This document shows positions 39,221 to 54,170 of a stretch of 64,000 nt of DNA, one piece after another. Every line of letters begins with the position of its first letter. Positions within the stretch are counted from its first letter, which is position 1. A model generated the notes under the pieces. The model was not told the origin of the DNA. It did not search any database and saw only the letters and a program-made list of their open reading frames with translations. The translations under genes were made by a program, and so were the position numbers. The DNA lies in NCBI GenBank assembly GCA_951406725.2, contig OX597814.1, positions 44,888,001-44,952,000 on the forward strand. Reading direction: 5' to 3'. Source of the stretch: Octopus vulgaris. Lineage: Eukaryota.

Positions 39221-41170
39221 GTATTGGCCACATTATTGAACGAACTCTAGAACATTTAACCAATCTATTCAAAAGTAACTTTATTTTGTAATGCCCTCAA
39301 ACTCTTTCGTTTGCAAATCTTTACTTTCTAAGGCACTCAAACATATTTTATTGCAAACGTAAATTATATTCATGCTAGTGTTTTAATGTTTTCTGTATTC
39401 TTCTAGATCTTTAATCGTCACCCAATTTTTCTTTTTAATAAGTGTTTGAGGCATATACTTACATGGAATTTTCGCCAGAAAATTATTTTTGTATCGCAAT
39501 AGTTAATGTGTTTTGTGTTTTCTTCTCCAGGTAATAAGAATATGTAAAACCAAGGAATAATGTTCTATTGGACATTGACCGTTTGCATTTAATCATATTT
39601 CGTGCACATAACTTGCTTTGATAACAACACAGTTCTATGCCAATGTCGAGCAAAGGGAAATACAGATTAGATTATCTTGTAAATTCCATTAGTTGTTTTT
39701 TAATTTTTTGTTTAGCACAAAAGGATAGCACCTGAGGCTCGTATTTAGGGCCTCTAATATTAGTAGGAGGAATGGGAAGTAGTTATTCTCTCAAGCCAAA
39801 GATATGTCCCGAATACTTGCAACAAATGAACTCCACTAAAGTCACCTAAGGCCAAAATAGCGATGGATCGGTCGACAGATTATGTCTGCCACCCATGAAC
39901 TCATAACGCAAACAACCAAAGCAAATAGCGCAAAACATCTGTCGATTTAGCTAACATTGCCCAAGACTGCTACTTCATTTTGTCGACCGCGAATGAATGA
40001 AAATCAAATTCCATGTGTATAATGTATGTATATGCTATGTGTGCATGCATATATTAAAAAATAATTGAGCATTTTAAAGGCAATGTCATCAAACAGTACT
40101 TTTTATGCAAGGAAGTATTTAGAAATGTATATCTACTGTTCGCACAGCGCATTTAAAAGAGCTGTAAATATGTTTACGAAGGTCTTCAATAGTCAAATAT
40201 ATTAACTAATGATCTTGAAAAATCAAACTCATGTTTACACAGCTCAGAACCATTGAGCTTTGAAAATAGACATGTTATTTGTAACTAATGTCCGGGTTAG
40301 TAACATTTGTGTCAGACAATAACAACCAAGGAATAAGTATATCATATAAACCAATGAATGAGATATTTCATTTAATATTGTTGTGACACTAGTTTGTCAA
40401 CACATACTCAAAAACATACGAAGGATAGATCATAATGTCATTATGACATATCGAACACAGTAATTCTTTATTTATAGATTCCCACCAAAGAGATTAAATA
40501 CCGTCTTTTAATCTGAAGAATACTCGACCAAATGAAGTTTTCAATGCATTCTTTACGTCTCATTCATTAACTGGTCGCAAGTTAAGAAAAATATGGGTTC
40601 GCCCTTAATGGCTTCAAGTATATAATGACCATTACAGCATGGAGTTCTCCGCAAATACACATTAATGCCCGCATAATAATTCCGCTTTTAGTGATATAAA
40701 CTTTCACCTGTCTCCACAATTGCTATGACTTATATTTCAAGTGCTTATGACTAGAATATACAAAAACCAAGTAAAAAACCAAGCAGCATATAACTCTTTC
40801 ACACGTAGGATGCCTTTTTATTACATATAATAGTATCGTAAGATGGTACGTATTCGTGACAAATTGTTTCTCAGAAGCATGAAAAACATATTTAGCATGT
40901 TGTTGAAAGAGGGAAAGAAAATATTTGACTTGTAACTAATTTTAAAGATATTCTCGAGTATCTTATATTTCATGAAACGCACTGGATACAATATTCACTA
41001 ATTAATTATTTAGGAGATGCTTAAAATATCTAATTATCTTTGATTTCAGAACTGTCATATAGATATATATATATATATATATATATATAGGCAAATAAAT
41101 TGATAAATATAGATATACATACACTTACATACATATACACACACATATACATGTACACACACACACACAC

Positions 41171-41242
<72 letters not shown>

Positions 41243-41371
41243 TATTAGGATTTTTTGTCGATAATTGAGGGGTGATTAGGGTCCTTCTGTGTCTGTCCTA
41301 CGTGTACGTTTTATAGTATTTAATTCACTTTTAATGCATCCCGACTTTTGTTAATAGTAAGTTTGTATATA

Positions 41372-41429
<58 letters not shown>

Positions 41430-42115
41430 GGTATGTATGATTGCGTATAGAAAAATATATTAATCAAAGGAATTCCAACTTTGATTCTGACCAATCAGTG
41501 TGTGGCTTCTCTAAATTACTTAAATTGATTGGTGTTTGCTGTAGGCTTCACAGTTTGTTGAACATGTCAAGGGACCTCTATTTTGATCCTGGCCAAAGCA
41601 GAAATTGTTTAGGTATTTTTAGTAATGTTGTAAACAACAATTCCCAGTGATTTTTACATTTCAGGTATCATCATCACCATTACCATCATCTTTATTATTG
41701 TTGTTTTTGGTGGTGTTTGTGATGGTAGTAGGAGTAGCTGTGGTAATAGAATTTTAAACCCTCAATAAGTTTTACTGACTTTTCTCCTGACTTAGCTAGT
41801 ATTTTCCTGCTGTCGTCATCATGAGAATCTTTAGTATTGTTGTTGTTGTTGTTAGTGGTAGTAGCAGTAGAAATAGTACCTCTAAGTATTATTATTATTG
41901 TTTATTTAGGTTGGAATTTATCTAAAAAGTTCCTTTCTCTGGTTTTCCTCTCAATTTCACTTGGACTGTGTAGTTTGTAAAAGGGAAGCATAAGTATTTT
42001 CCGACATGTTGCCAGATAGTTACTCATACACGCACACACACACGCATATATATATACATATATGTATGTATATATGTATATATATGTATACATACATATA
42101 TATATGTATACATAC

Positions 42116-42150
<35 letters not shown>

Positions 42151-43827
42151 CATGTGTATGTGTGTGAAAGTATATCTGTGTTTATATATTCGTGAGCGTA
42201 TGTGTTTTGTTTCGTATTTTGTGCATCATTTTATTTGAATCACTGCAATGCGTGATTCGTTACTAGGTAATCACCATTTAGTATTATCAAATAATCATAG
42301 ACAAAAATAATTATTGCAATATCCGCCCATGCGATTTTTGCTTCATATAAACGATATGTGAATGTAATTCCCATTTAATTTTGAAAGAAACTAATTTTAA
42401 ATATATTTCAGCACTTAGTTTATAATGTACTTTGGATCACTACAAGTATTCTATTCTCCTAAGAGTACTTTTTTCCCACCTGAATGTATGAATGTTTCTT
42501 CTCTTATAGGACAATTAGGTAGTTGAGTTCTAGATATAATTTTGCGATAAATATCGTGGGATTTCATTTACTGCTATCTATTGCGAACGACGTAATAGTA
42601 ATTAATATAAACCATGAATTTATGCATTAAACACTTTGCTAAAGCAAACTATAATTCCCGGAAAATGTTAAAACAACCAATTAGTTCGTATTTTTCGACA
42701 AATTCACACCTCAACGTGTCTTCATCACTCAAAACCGAAACAAGTATCACCTTAAAAGCTTTTAAACCACAGCGTTGGTGTCTCTAGGGAGACGTACAAA
42801 CAACAAGGTTTCTAAAATATTTTTTTTTTAGCAAAACATCTAATGCAATGTTCCATAATCCGTGTGATTTATTGACGGTCAATATGGAATACAGTTATTA
42901 CCACTATTAAATTTACCCGTGGGCATTTGATTATACAAAAAGGAACAAATAATATGTTTGTTTGGCCATCGTTAATTTCAACACATCTGATGTGTAAGTC
43001 ATAAAACATCAAATGCTACGTTATAGTCAATAGCTGTGCTGTATTAATGATGCCTTTGTTGCTATACGCAGTTGCCAAATTTAAAAGATGACACAAGCAT
43101 TGGTAATGAAATATTACCAGAAGAAAATAGCAATGAAACTCTGCCACAAGCAAACAAACGGTAATGAAACAGTATCACTCCGCGTTTAAACGATACTGCA
43201 TTGGCATGTATCACATGGAAAGAAGAATACAGTCATATATCGAGAGTGATAAGAGTAATAAATAGATATGCAGATATTTATACACACAAGAAGGCATCAT
43301 AATAACAGGGTCATTAATTATGTACGCAACATTTTAAAATGTGTTCATCGGTGAAACAAGAATCAGCATGGGAAGATAATAATCAAGTTTTAGCAGCAAA
43401 CAATAAATGCATGAGAATCACTTATTTTCCTCTTTGTAGGAATCAGTGACATTCACAGGAAGGTTGAAGAATTTTAATAAAATTTGAGTGTTTATTGTCT
43501 TTAGTATTTTCAAAGACAAAAACTAATAAAAAAACTTTCACAATGCAATCTTGTAACGATTACATTATCTATAAACAGAGTATGAAATTAAGAAGGAATA
43601 ATAAATTAGTATCTGTTTAGTAAATAGGTTTTCAGCATCTAAAAATCTAAATCGTGAGTATTTTTACAAATATTATAAAACTATTGTTCTTTATGATTTG
43701 TGGTAGATAATGAAGAATAGTCAAAAGAACGTAACTGCGGTACAGTGAAAACATTTCATGTTAATCCATGACACAGGTCATGTATAAATATGTTTTACAA
43801 GCTGCCCAATATCTGATGTAGTCTTTA

Positions 43828-45093
43828 CGAGGGTTGTCTGAAAAGTCTTGAGCCTCAAAAAAACAAAACATAGTACAAGACTTCTGAAAATTTATTTTTC
43901 AACATATTCCCCCTTGATGGCTGAACACGTTCTCCAGCGGTGCTGAAGTGCCATTATCCCGGTGTAGAGGAACTCTTTTGTTTGAGACTCCAAGAAACTT
44001 CCTACAGTGTCTATGACGTCATTGCCAGGGCATTTTTCCTTTTTGGGAATAGATGAAAGTCAGAGGGGGCTAAGTCTGGCGAAAAAGGCAGATGGGGAAC
44101 AAGTCCGTATCCACAATCACGAATTGTTGCCATGGCAACCACTGAGGTGTGGGCTGGAGCATTGTCGTGATGAAAAAGGCTCCTCTGATGAGCATTCCTG
44201 GCCTTTTTTCTTTGATTGCTTCCTGGGGGCATTACAGTAGCTGAGAATAATACAGTCCTGTCACGGTGTGACCCTTTTCAAAGTAATCGATCAGCAAGAC
44301 ATCTTGAGAATCCAAAAAAACTGACGCCATGACCTTGCCAGCTGAAGGAATGACCTGGCCTTCTTTGGGGTAGGAGAAGATGTGTGCTTCCACTGCTTTG
44401 ATTGTTCTTTGGTTTCAGGCTGGTAGTGATGAACCCAATTTTCGTCCATAGTAATTAAACGAGCAAGCTAATTCTCTTCATCGGCTACAAACAGTTCCAG
44501 GTTTCTCGTGGACAAAGTAAACCTGGTGCGTTTCTGTTCAGGAGTCAAAAGGTGAGAGAACCACCTTGCAGAAACCTTTGAGAACTCAAGCTCTTTCGTC
44601 ACAATATTGTCTGCTCTTTCGCTTGAGATGCTCAGTCTCTCAGCTATCTGGCGACGTGAAATTCGACGATCTTGCATTATCATACCAAGACCAAGGTCAA
44701 TGTTGTCCTCGGTGGTTGCAGTTGGAGGCCTCCCTGTCTGGGATCATCTTCCATACTCTCCCTGCCACTCTGGAATTCATTTACCCAGTGTTTGACTGAT
44801 GCATATGCAGGAGCATTGTTTGTTAAGGTTCTCACCATATCTTCATGGATTTCAGATGGAGTCATGCCTTTCAAATGAAGGTACTTTATGACAGCACGAT
44901 TCTCAGTTTCCTCCATTTTCCTTGTAACCTCGACACTTGTTTATTCAAAAATCTGCAACAAAAACATTAAAATATCAGAATCATGAAAATGAGCAAGAAT
45001 ACTCCAAAAGACTGTACTTACCAGAAAAACTGGTTTCAGCTACCTAGCAGCCCCGTTTCTAGGTTAGGTTCAAAACTTTTCATACACCCCTCG
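43828..45093 (-). mobile_element. Full-length mariner element with frameshifted transposase
   Basis: ~28-bp imperfect TIRs cgagggttgtctgaaaagtcttgagcct / aggttcaaaacttttcatacacccctcg with TA duplications. Pieces MEETENRAVIKYLHLKG.., KVSARWFSHLLT, TMDENWVHHY, HHDNAPAH..SPDLAPSDFHLF (DD34D-type). Confidence 0.95.
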
Positions 45094-45614
45094 TACATCA
45101 GCAGAACATTCGTATTTTCGCAGAGGAAATGATATTGTATAGTTTGAAAAATGTTGTGCATTGTCGCTCGAAGAACTTGCTCTGCGCTTCGTTTTTAGTC
45201 ACTGCTCTTTCCAATACATAACAGTTGTATACTTAGCTATAGACAAGTATTGAAGTTGTGTGTATTCTATATAACAGTACGCTCATATCCAGTTCTTATC
45301 ACAAAGAAAGGCAACTCATATACCGGCCTCATGCATGGGTTATCCTTATATTACAATGTGATGAAAACAAATCCATTTAAACATTCTAAAATAGAGAGAC
45401 ATGTGCATAAATATAATTTGGTTATAGATATTGAATGCCAACTGGATTTTATCAATCGAGAGATTGATTAAAAAGTTTATCACCATCAATTATATTGAAT
45501 AAAATCTCGAATGCAATGCAATCAGCGACAATAATTGCTTATTAATAATAATCGTCGTTATCATTATCATTATGTTTATTGCTACTTCTACAGTTATTAT
45601 CACTATTATTATTA

Positions 45615-45688
<74 letters not shown>

Positions 45689-47904
45689 ATGATCATGCAT
45701 TTTAACTATATCTAATTGAAAGCAGAACCACTCAGCCTGTTTATTTCAGCTTGACTACTTCTCCCTGTTAAATAAAATTTTATCTATAATCTATTTCTCT
45801 TTCTTAGTTTTTGCTGTTTTTGTCTTTCTGAAAGTATACATCTACTGGAGAATTTATTAGGATATATCACAGATATTTTATGAGAAATTTTCGACAAAAT
45901 TGTTGTAGCTTAAAAATAGCGATTGGAAAAGGCTGAGGTATTGATCTCGATAACCAAAATAGCTTTTCCGACTTGAAAGTTTTATTGTATTTTATGGCCT
46001 GCTCAATGATTTTAGTCCAACTTTAATAAGTAGCAGGGACAGAATATATCAATATATTTCCTTGCTTGACTGAGTTGCAAGGCCTGAGTTAATCAAAGAC
46101 AATTGTGATATTTTTCATAAGGCTTTAAGTGTAGGCAGGTGGAAGTAGAAATACAAAACGGAAAGTAAAAAAAAAATATAGTAAACGTATGAAGTACGGA
46201 AGAATGTATCACAGGAAGAAATTATTTTCTCTTCTTTCTAAAAATTGAGGTAGCGTCCAGTCAAAATAGAAGGAAGAATGTGTTTAAGAAATGTAAGTAG
46301 AGAATACTTATTGTCGGGGGAAAAAAAGAAAAGAAAAAATTCCAAAATGTATAGTGTGTCTATAAATGACAAAAAAGAAATGTACATCAAGAACAAGAAC
46401 AAAAAAAAACGGAAATGAGAGAAAGATGTGGTATGAAGATGGGAAGAGAAAAAATATTGCAGTGATGAAATTGACAGGTTGTTAATAGAGAAGTTGGTAG
46501 TATTTTGTTTTAATGAATGTTAAATATATATAACCACTAACAACGAAGGAAGGAAAGTTTAAAAAGGATGAAAATATATATGAATAGCTGTTTTTATTGA
46601 TGACTGCCAAAAGTTCTGTAATGGTGAGTGTGAAATATCTTGCAAAACAATTAGTTTTCTGCATGTTCTGCGTTCAAATCTCAGTGAGTCTCCCTTTCTT
46701 ATGGCTTCAATAAAATAAGTTCAAAAACATTTGGTTTGGAGTGATATAACCATGCTACATATACTGGAATATATAGATAACCAGTCAAAAGATGAAATAG
46801 TGGAAGAATACTGTTAATGCAGATTTTGCCTATCAAAAAGTGGTCCTTATTGTCATAACGTGTAACTGTGGAAAAGCCACATGTTCTTAAGATAAGATTT
46901 ACAACTATTCAAGGATCAATTAAAGCAGGATTTTGAATTGAAACTAAACATTTGAGATGCAATGTTGTATATTTAATACGTTTGGCTATAATTAAAGTCA
47001 AGTATTTAAGGTATGAATTATTTAAGAGTACTCTCTCATGTGAAGTGGTAACACAATGTTATAAGTGTATATATTTAGGTAATACTGAAGGCCGCCAGTT
47101 GTCGAGTAACCATGACAATCGATTTATTTCTCCACGTCAATTTCCACGAACATATGCATGCCGCGTGATAGATATAAAATTCGTGATCTTGGCTATATGA
47201 ATCATGATACAGGATTGTATTTATGCTATTAACATAAGTTGTTTCAGTAAGAATAGAGTTTACATTTGTCGAGGCGATGTGTGTAATGCTAACAGAGAAA
47301 ACGTTGGTGCTAGCCGAGACCTCGTACGAGTGGAAGATAAACAAATGCATTGACTATTGTTTTATGGCATGTCGATAAGTATTTTCTAAAACCTAAAAGT
47401 AATTATGATATTTATATTAACGATGCTTTGACTGCTGTTTAGCTTAACTGTGACGGTTACATAATTGGTAAGAGATTTAGAGTTTATAATTGAAGATACA
47501 TTGGGAAAGAACTGCTGGTGAAATTTACATGAAAAAACTTGATTTAATGTTGGTAACAAAGCAAGTAGACGGATCAAAAGCCACGAGATTTCATCAGGAA
47601 TTAAAAACATATCTAAAGTAGTTCTACAATTTAGAAAAAGGTTAATTTACTCTAAGGTTATCACTATCAAGGGAAATTTCTCAATGAGATTGGCCGTAGC
47701 AAGCGAAAGCCGATATTTATGAATTTTCGCGGGAAGCTACGATTATGATTCAGGAATTACACATATGAACGCTATGTGAATCGAAAATACAATGGTATGA
47801 GTGTGGGTGACAAATGATATTTATAGTGGTGTCCTTGGGGTTTTTCAGTGAGGTGAATCGACCAAATTACCATACTCCTCTCTTTAGCTCAAGTTTTATC
47901 GCTA

Positions 47905-48119
47905 TTACTCTTTTACTCTTTTACTTGTTTCAGGCATTTGACTGCGGCCATGCTGGGGCACCGCCTTTAATCGAGCAACTCGACCCCGGGACTTATTCTT
48001 TTGTAAGCCCAGTACTTATTCTATCGGTCTCTTTTGCCGAACCGCTAAGTGACGGGGACATAAACACACCAGCATCGGTTGTCAAGCGTTGCTAGGGGGA
48101 CAAACACAGACACACACAA

Positions 48120-48160
<41 letters not shown>

Positions 48161-48325
48161 CGACGGGCTTCTTTCAGTTTCCGTCTACCAAATCCACTCA
48201 CAAGGCTTTGGTCGGCCCTAGGATTTAGTAGAAGACACTTGGCCAAGGTGCCACGCAGTGGGATTGAACACGGAACCATGTGGTTGGTAAACAAGCTACT
48301 TACCACACAGCCACTCCTGCGCCTA
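47905..48325 (-). mobile_element. Full-length tRNA-derived SINE with internal microsatellite
   Basis: Minus head with A box TGGCTGTGTGG and B box GTTCAATCC, CORE-like ggcaccttggccaagtg, internal (TA)(TG), tail (agtaaaag)n. Confidence 0.9.
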
Positions 48326-48529
48326 TTACCTAATCTTTCAGTAAAACCTCCCCTAACTAAAGCAATACTCTAATAGCTGAAGTACCACTGTCTGAATAGA
48401 GAGTCTTTATAAATGCTATCAGATTTTAGAATGTTACCTATGTAAATAATGTTTACATTCAGTTCTCAGTCGGGCCAGCGTATTACTGTTAAACCAAACT
48501 CCTATTTAAATATTCCTACTAAATACTTT

Positions 48530-49685
48530 TACATTCATTCACTGCCGCACTTGCCCCTACCTCTCCAACACCACCATCTAAGACACCCATCATGGTCCCT
48601 ATCATATCACTGACTCCTTTATATGCACTTCTAGCAACGTCATTTACTGCATCTCCTGCTGTTTCTGTCCTTCTCTGTACATCGCCCAAACAGGACGCCG
48701 CTTAGCTGCCCGGTTCGTGGAAGACCTCCGAAACATTAGACTCGGCAACGACACCACTGTCTCGCGCCATTTCCGTCCCACCGGTCATTCATTACAACAC
48801 CTGTCTCTGTTTGGATTGTCTTTGCACAAGGACCATCCGGACCCCCGCCTTCGCCGTGAACAAGAATTAATCTTCTCTCTTCGCTCCTTTGCTCCACATG
48901 GGCTCAACTCCTCTACCTTCTTCATCTGACTCCCCCTCTCCGTCTCTTCAACTCACACCTACTTCCTCACTTCACTCCTACCACCTCTCCTCTCATGTCC
49001 TGACACCTACTTTTTCTCTTCCATCCACATCCCACCACTACATATCCCAACCTCACCAAACCACCCCCACACATCCCACTCCCACATACCTCTCCCCTAC
49101 ACCCACATCCTCATCTCAAACCGACACCTCACCCTCGCATCCCCACACCCCAACACCGCCACAGCACCACACACCACCACACCACATCACAACACACTAG
49201 CACTGACCACTTTGCAACACCCATACCACATCATGCCACCAAACCACGTCACATCACCCCGCACATGCTAGCACTGACCACCTCCCAGCAGCCACACCAT
49301 CATCCACATACCCACACATTACAGTCGCACACACACACGCATACATCCGCACGTCAAGGTCATCATCTCCTATCCGCACGCACACATTTACACACTCTCG
49401 CATATACACTCTCACATAAGTATTGGGATCACCAATACTTTATTATCTCCCCTTCTTCTTAGCTCTTCTGTGTAACCACCTCTATCCAGTCAGCCGCCAT
49501 AATTGACCGCTAGCCCCTAAAGCTTTTAATTATCTCTCTATTTATTTGTTCATATCCTTTTCTGTTGCAGAGCGTAGGATCAAAACGTAAGACTTTCTCA
49601 CCTTACCGAGCGTTAAACTAATACACCTGTTTGTTGTTTATACACCTGTCTTCGTATTTTGTTCTTCTGTAAATTCCAACTATAT
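48530..49685 (+). mobile_element. Penelope-like 3' end (GIY-YIG + pLTR)
   Basis: CRTCPYL..CTSSNVIYCISC..LYIAQTGRRLAARFVEDLR..VSRHF..REQELIFSL..PHGLN; decayed hammerhead ctgttgcagagc..tcaaaacgt at ~49562-49590. Confidence 0.9.
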
Positions 49686-49704
49686 ACACACACACACACA
49701 CACG

Positions 49705-49757
<53 letters not shown>

Positions 49758-49759
49758 GA

Positions 49760-50830
49760 TTCAAATTTGCAGAAAGCATAAAACGAAGACAGGTGAGGGA
49801 GCAGAAAGCATAACACGAAGACAGGGATATCATTACCGAGTCTGATTTATCGGAGGTGCTCAGTATACCGGCCGGTCCAGCGGCATCCCGTTTGTCCAGT
49901 ATACAGGGAAGGACAGAGAGAGCAGGAAATACAGTAGTTGACGTTACTGAAGGTGCAGGTAAAGGAGTCGTTCATGTTATAGGGGTGGTAGTGGTGCCAG
50001 CGAAGATAGTAGTGTTGGAGAGCTCGGAGCAGATGCGACAGTGTGGGTGAAAGCAAGGAATGGAGGAAGATCGGGTACTAGCATTAGGGCGTGGTTGAAG
50101 AAGAGAAAGTGGGTTAGGGAAGATGTAAGAAGAAGAGGTGTCGGACTGGAATCGACGAAAGGCTCAGTGAATGGTGAGTTGGAGGGTAGAGTGGAAGGTG
50201 GTTGGTGAAGGGAAAAAAGGAGGTGGTAAGGGTGGGGCCGGAGCGGGGAGAGAGAGCAGAGACACTGTCAATGGATCGTGCAGGCGCAAGGACATTTTGG
50301 ATAATGGTGTGGGCATATCCACATAGAGTGAAGTGGCGAGCCATGAATTGAAACTGAATCTCAAAGTCATGGTCACACTACAGACAGATGAACTGGGAGT
50401 AGGGGATAGAGAGTTTGGTATGGGTAAGGATGGGTGAAGAAGTTGAAATAGGTGTGTGAGTTTGTATGTTTGTAGTGGATGCACGTGGTAAGAGCGGAGT
50501 GGTGTATACTAACACAAATGTCAAGAAATTCAACAGAAGAGTTGGAGACCGCCGAAGAATGACTAGACGAAAGAAAGGAATGAGTGAAGGATGTTCACAG
50601 GAGAGTGAGGTCACGCTGATACATTCGTCGAATTAACGATTATATAGCTGAGGAGGAGTAGGACCAGGGAACTGTGAGAATATTTGAGCCTCGGCATAGC
50701 CAACGAACACGTTCGTATAATTGATGTTCATTCTCGTTCCCATGGCCACTCACGAGACTTGATGGTAAAAATTCCCCCGTGAACAAGAAGCAGTTAAAGG
50801 AAAGGACGAGTTCAGAGAAACGACGATGTT
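49760..50830 (-). mobile_element. Penelope-like element (RT C-half + GIY-YIG), opposite orientation
   Basis: NFYHQVS*VAMGTRM..NVFVGYAE; SIPYSQFICL; SFTCTFSNVNYCISCSLCPSLYTGQTG..RYTEHLR. Confidence 0.88.
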
Positions 50831-52480
50831 TGTGGTGGATATGTCATTTCTTGTAGATGCGTTCAAAAGTGGTCTGTATCTTGTAATAAAGAGAGCCTCT
50901 TTACTAATTCGTTGGCTACAGGTTGTATTGTCCCTGAATTGATAGAGGGGACAAATTCTGTTGATGGTAATATTCCATCGTGAATTGAATGTTTACGTCA
51001 AGTCTATTTATAAGTGCTTGAAATTCTTAAGTCTATCTATACTTTCATGCCAAAGAATGAAATAGTCATCCAGGCATCCCATGTAGAGGGAGAATGGGCT
51101 GCCGTATTTTTCTAGAACCTTACGATAAAGACTAATTTCTAGATATCCCATGACTAGTTTAGCAAAGGAGGTGGCCATTCTCGTACCCATCGCAATCTCC
51201 GATTTTTGTCGGTAGAAGTTGTCTTTGAAGACGAAGTAGTTATTCTCCAAGATAAATTTTAGCCATTCTATCACGAATTGTTATTTGATGCGATGTAGGA
51301 GTTCCTTGGGGTAATTCTCTAGCCAGAATTGAATTGCCTTTATTCCTAGGTTGTGGGGGATATTGGAATAGAGGTTGACTACATAGAAGGATACTAGTAG
51401 GGGGGTGTTTTTGTTTATTGTTTCAGGGAGGTGATTGAACATATTCAGGACGTCACTTATGTAGATTTTTACATGCTTGAGGTTTTAAGAAGGTATCTAA
51501 AAAGTTACTGAGGCGGGGGGTTTCGCATGCGGGACCTGCTATTATAGGTCTCAGTTTGAGGCTATTAGGATTAAGGACTTTGATTATTATGTCTATGGCT
51601 ATCCTGCATGCGTTACTTATTTTATCACTTTTGTGTATATTTGAAATACCGTAGAATTGACTGGGTTTACTTTTGAAATTGGTCATAAAGTCATATACTT
51701 TGTCGGTAAGCCTTGCTCTGTATAATTTTAACATGGATTTTAGGTCTCTCAGTATTTTCAGTTGGGCCTTTTCATAATATGTTGTGTCTTCTGATATGGG
51801 TTGTACTAAAGTTATATAGTATACCGTGTCCATTAAGACAACTGCACTCCCTTTATTAGCCTCTTTGATTGTTATTGTTTTGTCGTCTTTTAATTTGTGC
51901 AGTTCAGCCCATTCTTTTTTTGCTGAAGTTTTGTTTGTGTTTTTGTTTGTGCATATGTTGATATGGGTAATTCGAGATGTATTCACAGAAATTATCAAGA
52001 GTTTTGTTCTTACCTTTTGAGAAAGTGTAGTTGCTTCTATTTCGGACGAACGATTCGTCTTCGTTGTATTTGTCGTATAGCTCCTAAGCGAGTCGTAATT
52101 TTCTACAGAATTCCGCGATGTCTTCTTTCATTTCGTTGTAGTTGGGGCGTTGTGGGGTGTGTGTAAACTTGATCCCTTTGGAGAGCATATTGATTTGGTT
52201 TGTTGTTAGTTCTTTGTGAGTTAGATTGATAATTTTTATCACTTTTGGTTCCTCCTGTCTGTTTGGTGCAATCTCGTGTTTCTGTGTTTGAGTATTGGGT
52301 AAAAATGATTGCGGTGGATGGGACGGTAGATGCTATGTAGTTGTTCCTTATCGTTGCGGGGTGCTGTGTTGTGATTTATGGTGCGGGTTCTTGGAACGGT
52401 ATTAAAAGGTGTGTCCCGATATCCCATGTTCAGATGTGGTGTTTTAGGGGGCCGTCGTTGATAATTATTGTGTGTGGTAC
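50830..52480 (-). mobile_element. Penelope-like RT fragment (different family)
   Basis: TIKEANKGSAVVLMD; LRPIIAGPACETPRLSNFLDTFLKP; LKFILENNYFVFKDNFYRQKSEIAMGTRMA..GCLDDYFILW. Confidence 0.9.
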
Positions 52481-52934
52481 GGGTTTGTTGTGCATAGTTG
52501 TTTAGTAGATTGTTGAAACGTAAATTTCATTGGTAACTCCTTATGGTGGTGGGAGGAGTTTGCAATGTCTTGCCCAAGTTGCTGCACGCAGAGGGTCTGA
52601 ACCCCAAGACCACATGCTTGGTCAGCAAGCTTCTTAATCACACAGTCTTGCTCCATTTTCCAAATATATTTCAGACATTGTGGAAAGTTTTCAATTATTA
52701 ATAATAAATGCTGTTTAGAGTAGGTGTTTGCAATCTTAGCTCTATTATGAAATATACAACAATGTACTTTCTGTATCTTTCTAACATTGACACCTGCGTT
52801 TGTAAGCAAGCATTAAGTTTGAATGTTTGCATTACCCAGATGTCTCAATAGCTTTTATGAATTTCCCAATGTATTTATAGAGGTGTGCATAATTGAAAGT
52901 CATATTATCATATTATAAAGCGCTTATTCATAAA

Positions 52935-53795
52935 CAAGCTGACGTACCCGGTAATATCCGGGAAAGCGGGGTTTATCCCTTCGTTCTATTCTCATAAATA
53001 TTTCGCTTATCCAATAACAACAATACAAAGTATGTAGCCCTTAAAACGGTTTTTGTGCATTTACAGAGAATTCCAAACTGCCTTACACAGGATCTTATTT
53101 TTAGGAATTCCCAATAAGTTATGAATACCTAAATTGTGAAATCAGTTATGTAATAAACATGAAATTAGTTACCCGATAGTAAGAATTCAAATAAAGTAAC
53201 CCCGAAAACACTTTAATGCGTTCCCAGAGTATATAGAACTTAAGAAGAAATACTAATAAGAGATATATACTAAAATAGTGAAGCATGTTACGTAATAACA
53301 GGCTAATCAAATATGAGATAACAACTCAAAGTAAATAACTCTGAAAAGGGCTTTTGTGCATTGCCAGACAATATTACCCTCAGGGGCGCTAGTGTTGGTA
53401 TATTCGTGAATAAGTCACTAACCGAAATAAGTGGACCTATTGTTTAGGAAAATACTATTTACTTGTTTAAGGGTCGTACTGGAAAAATTGCAAAAATAAC
53501 TCAGTTCAAATACTAAGAAATAAGCATACACAATTTGATTTATACCAAATGATATAGGAAAATGCTTGGGTTATTTCCCTTGGATGTTAAAATGAAATAT
53601 ATTAGATATATATACGGATCCCTTCCAGGGGCCTATTATAGACTTTTGTCAACAATCTGAGTATGCCATGAGGTTTCCAGAGATGAGTTCTACTCACATG
53701 TCAAGTTTCATCAAAATCAATAAAACGATGTAGGAGGAGTTAGATGACAACTCCACAAACACACTCATTGACAGAATTTCCACATATGCAGTAGA
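52935..53795 (-). mobile_element. Non-autonomous Helitron-like element
   Basis: Minus 5' A|TCTAC at ~53795; 3' hairpin cccgg-atatta-ccggg followed by CTTG|T (CTRR variant) at 52935. Confidence 0.55.
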
Positions 53796-54065
53796 TATTT
53801 TTGAAAATGTAAATATGAAAATTGTAGTATGCTTATGTTAACAAATAAGAACACATGTGCAATGATACAACGTGGTATTTATACATATTTATATATATAT
53901 AAACACACACACATACCCATGTAAGCACGCATGTCTTTTGATTGAATATTCTTATAATTTAGTAGATAGATAGATAGACAGACGAATAGATAAATAGATA
54001 TAAACATAAATTCAAATTGATACGTACATATATTCGTACATACACATATGTATATATGTATGTGC

Positions 54066-54170
<105 letters not shown>

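Noticed and set aside
47905-48325. tRNA gene (A/B boxes)
   Set aside because: No cloverleaf; it is a SINE head repeated elsewhere in the window.
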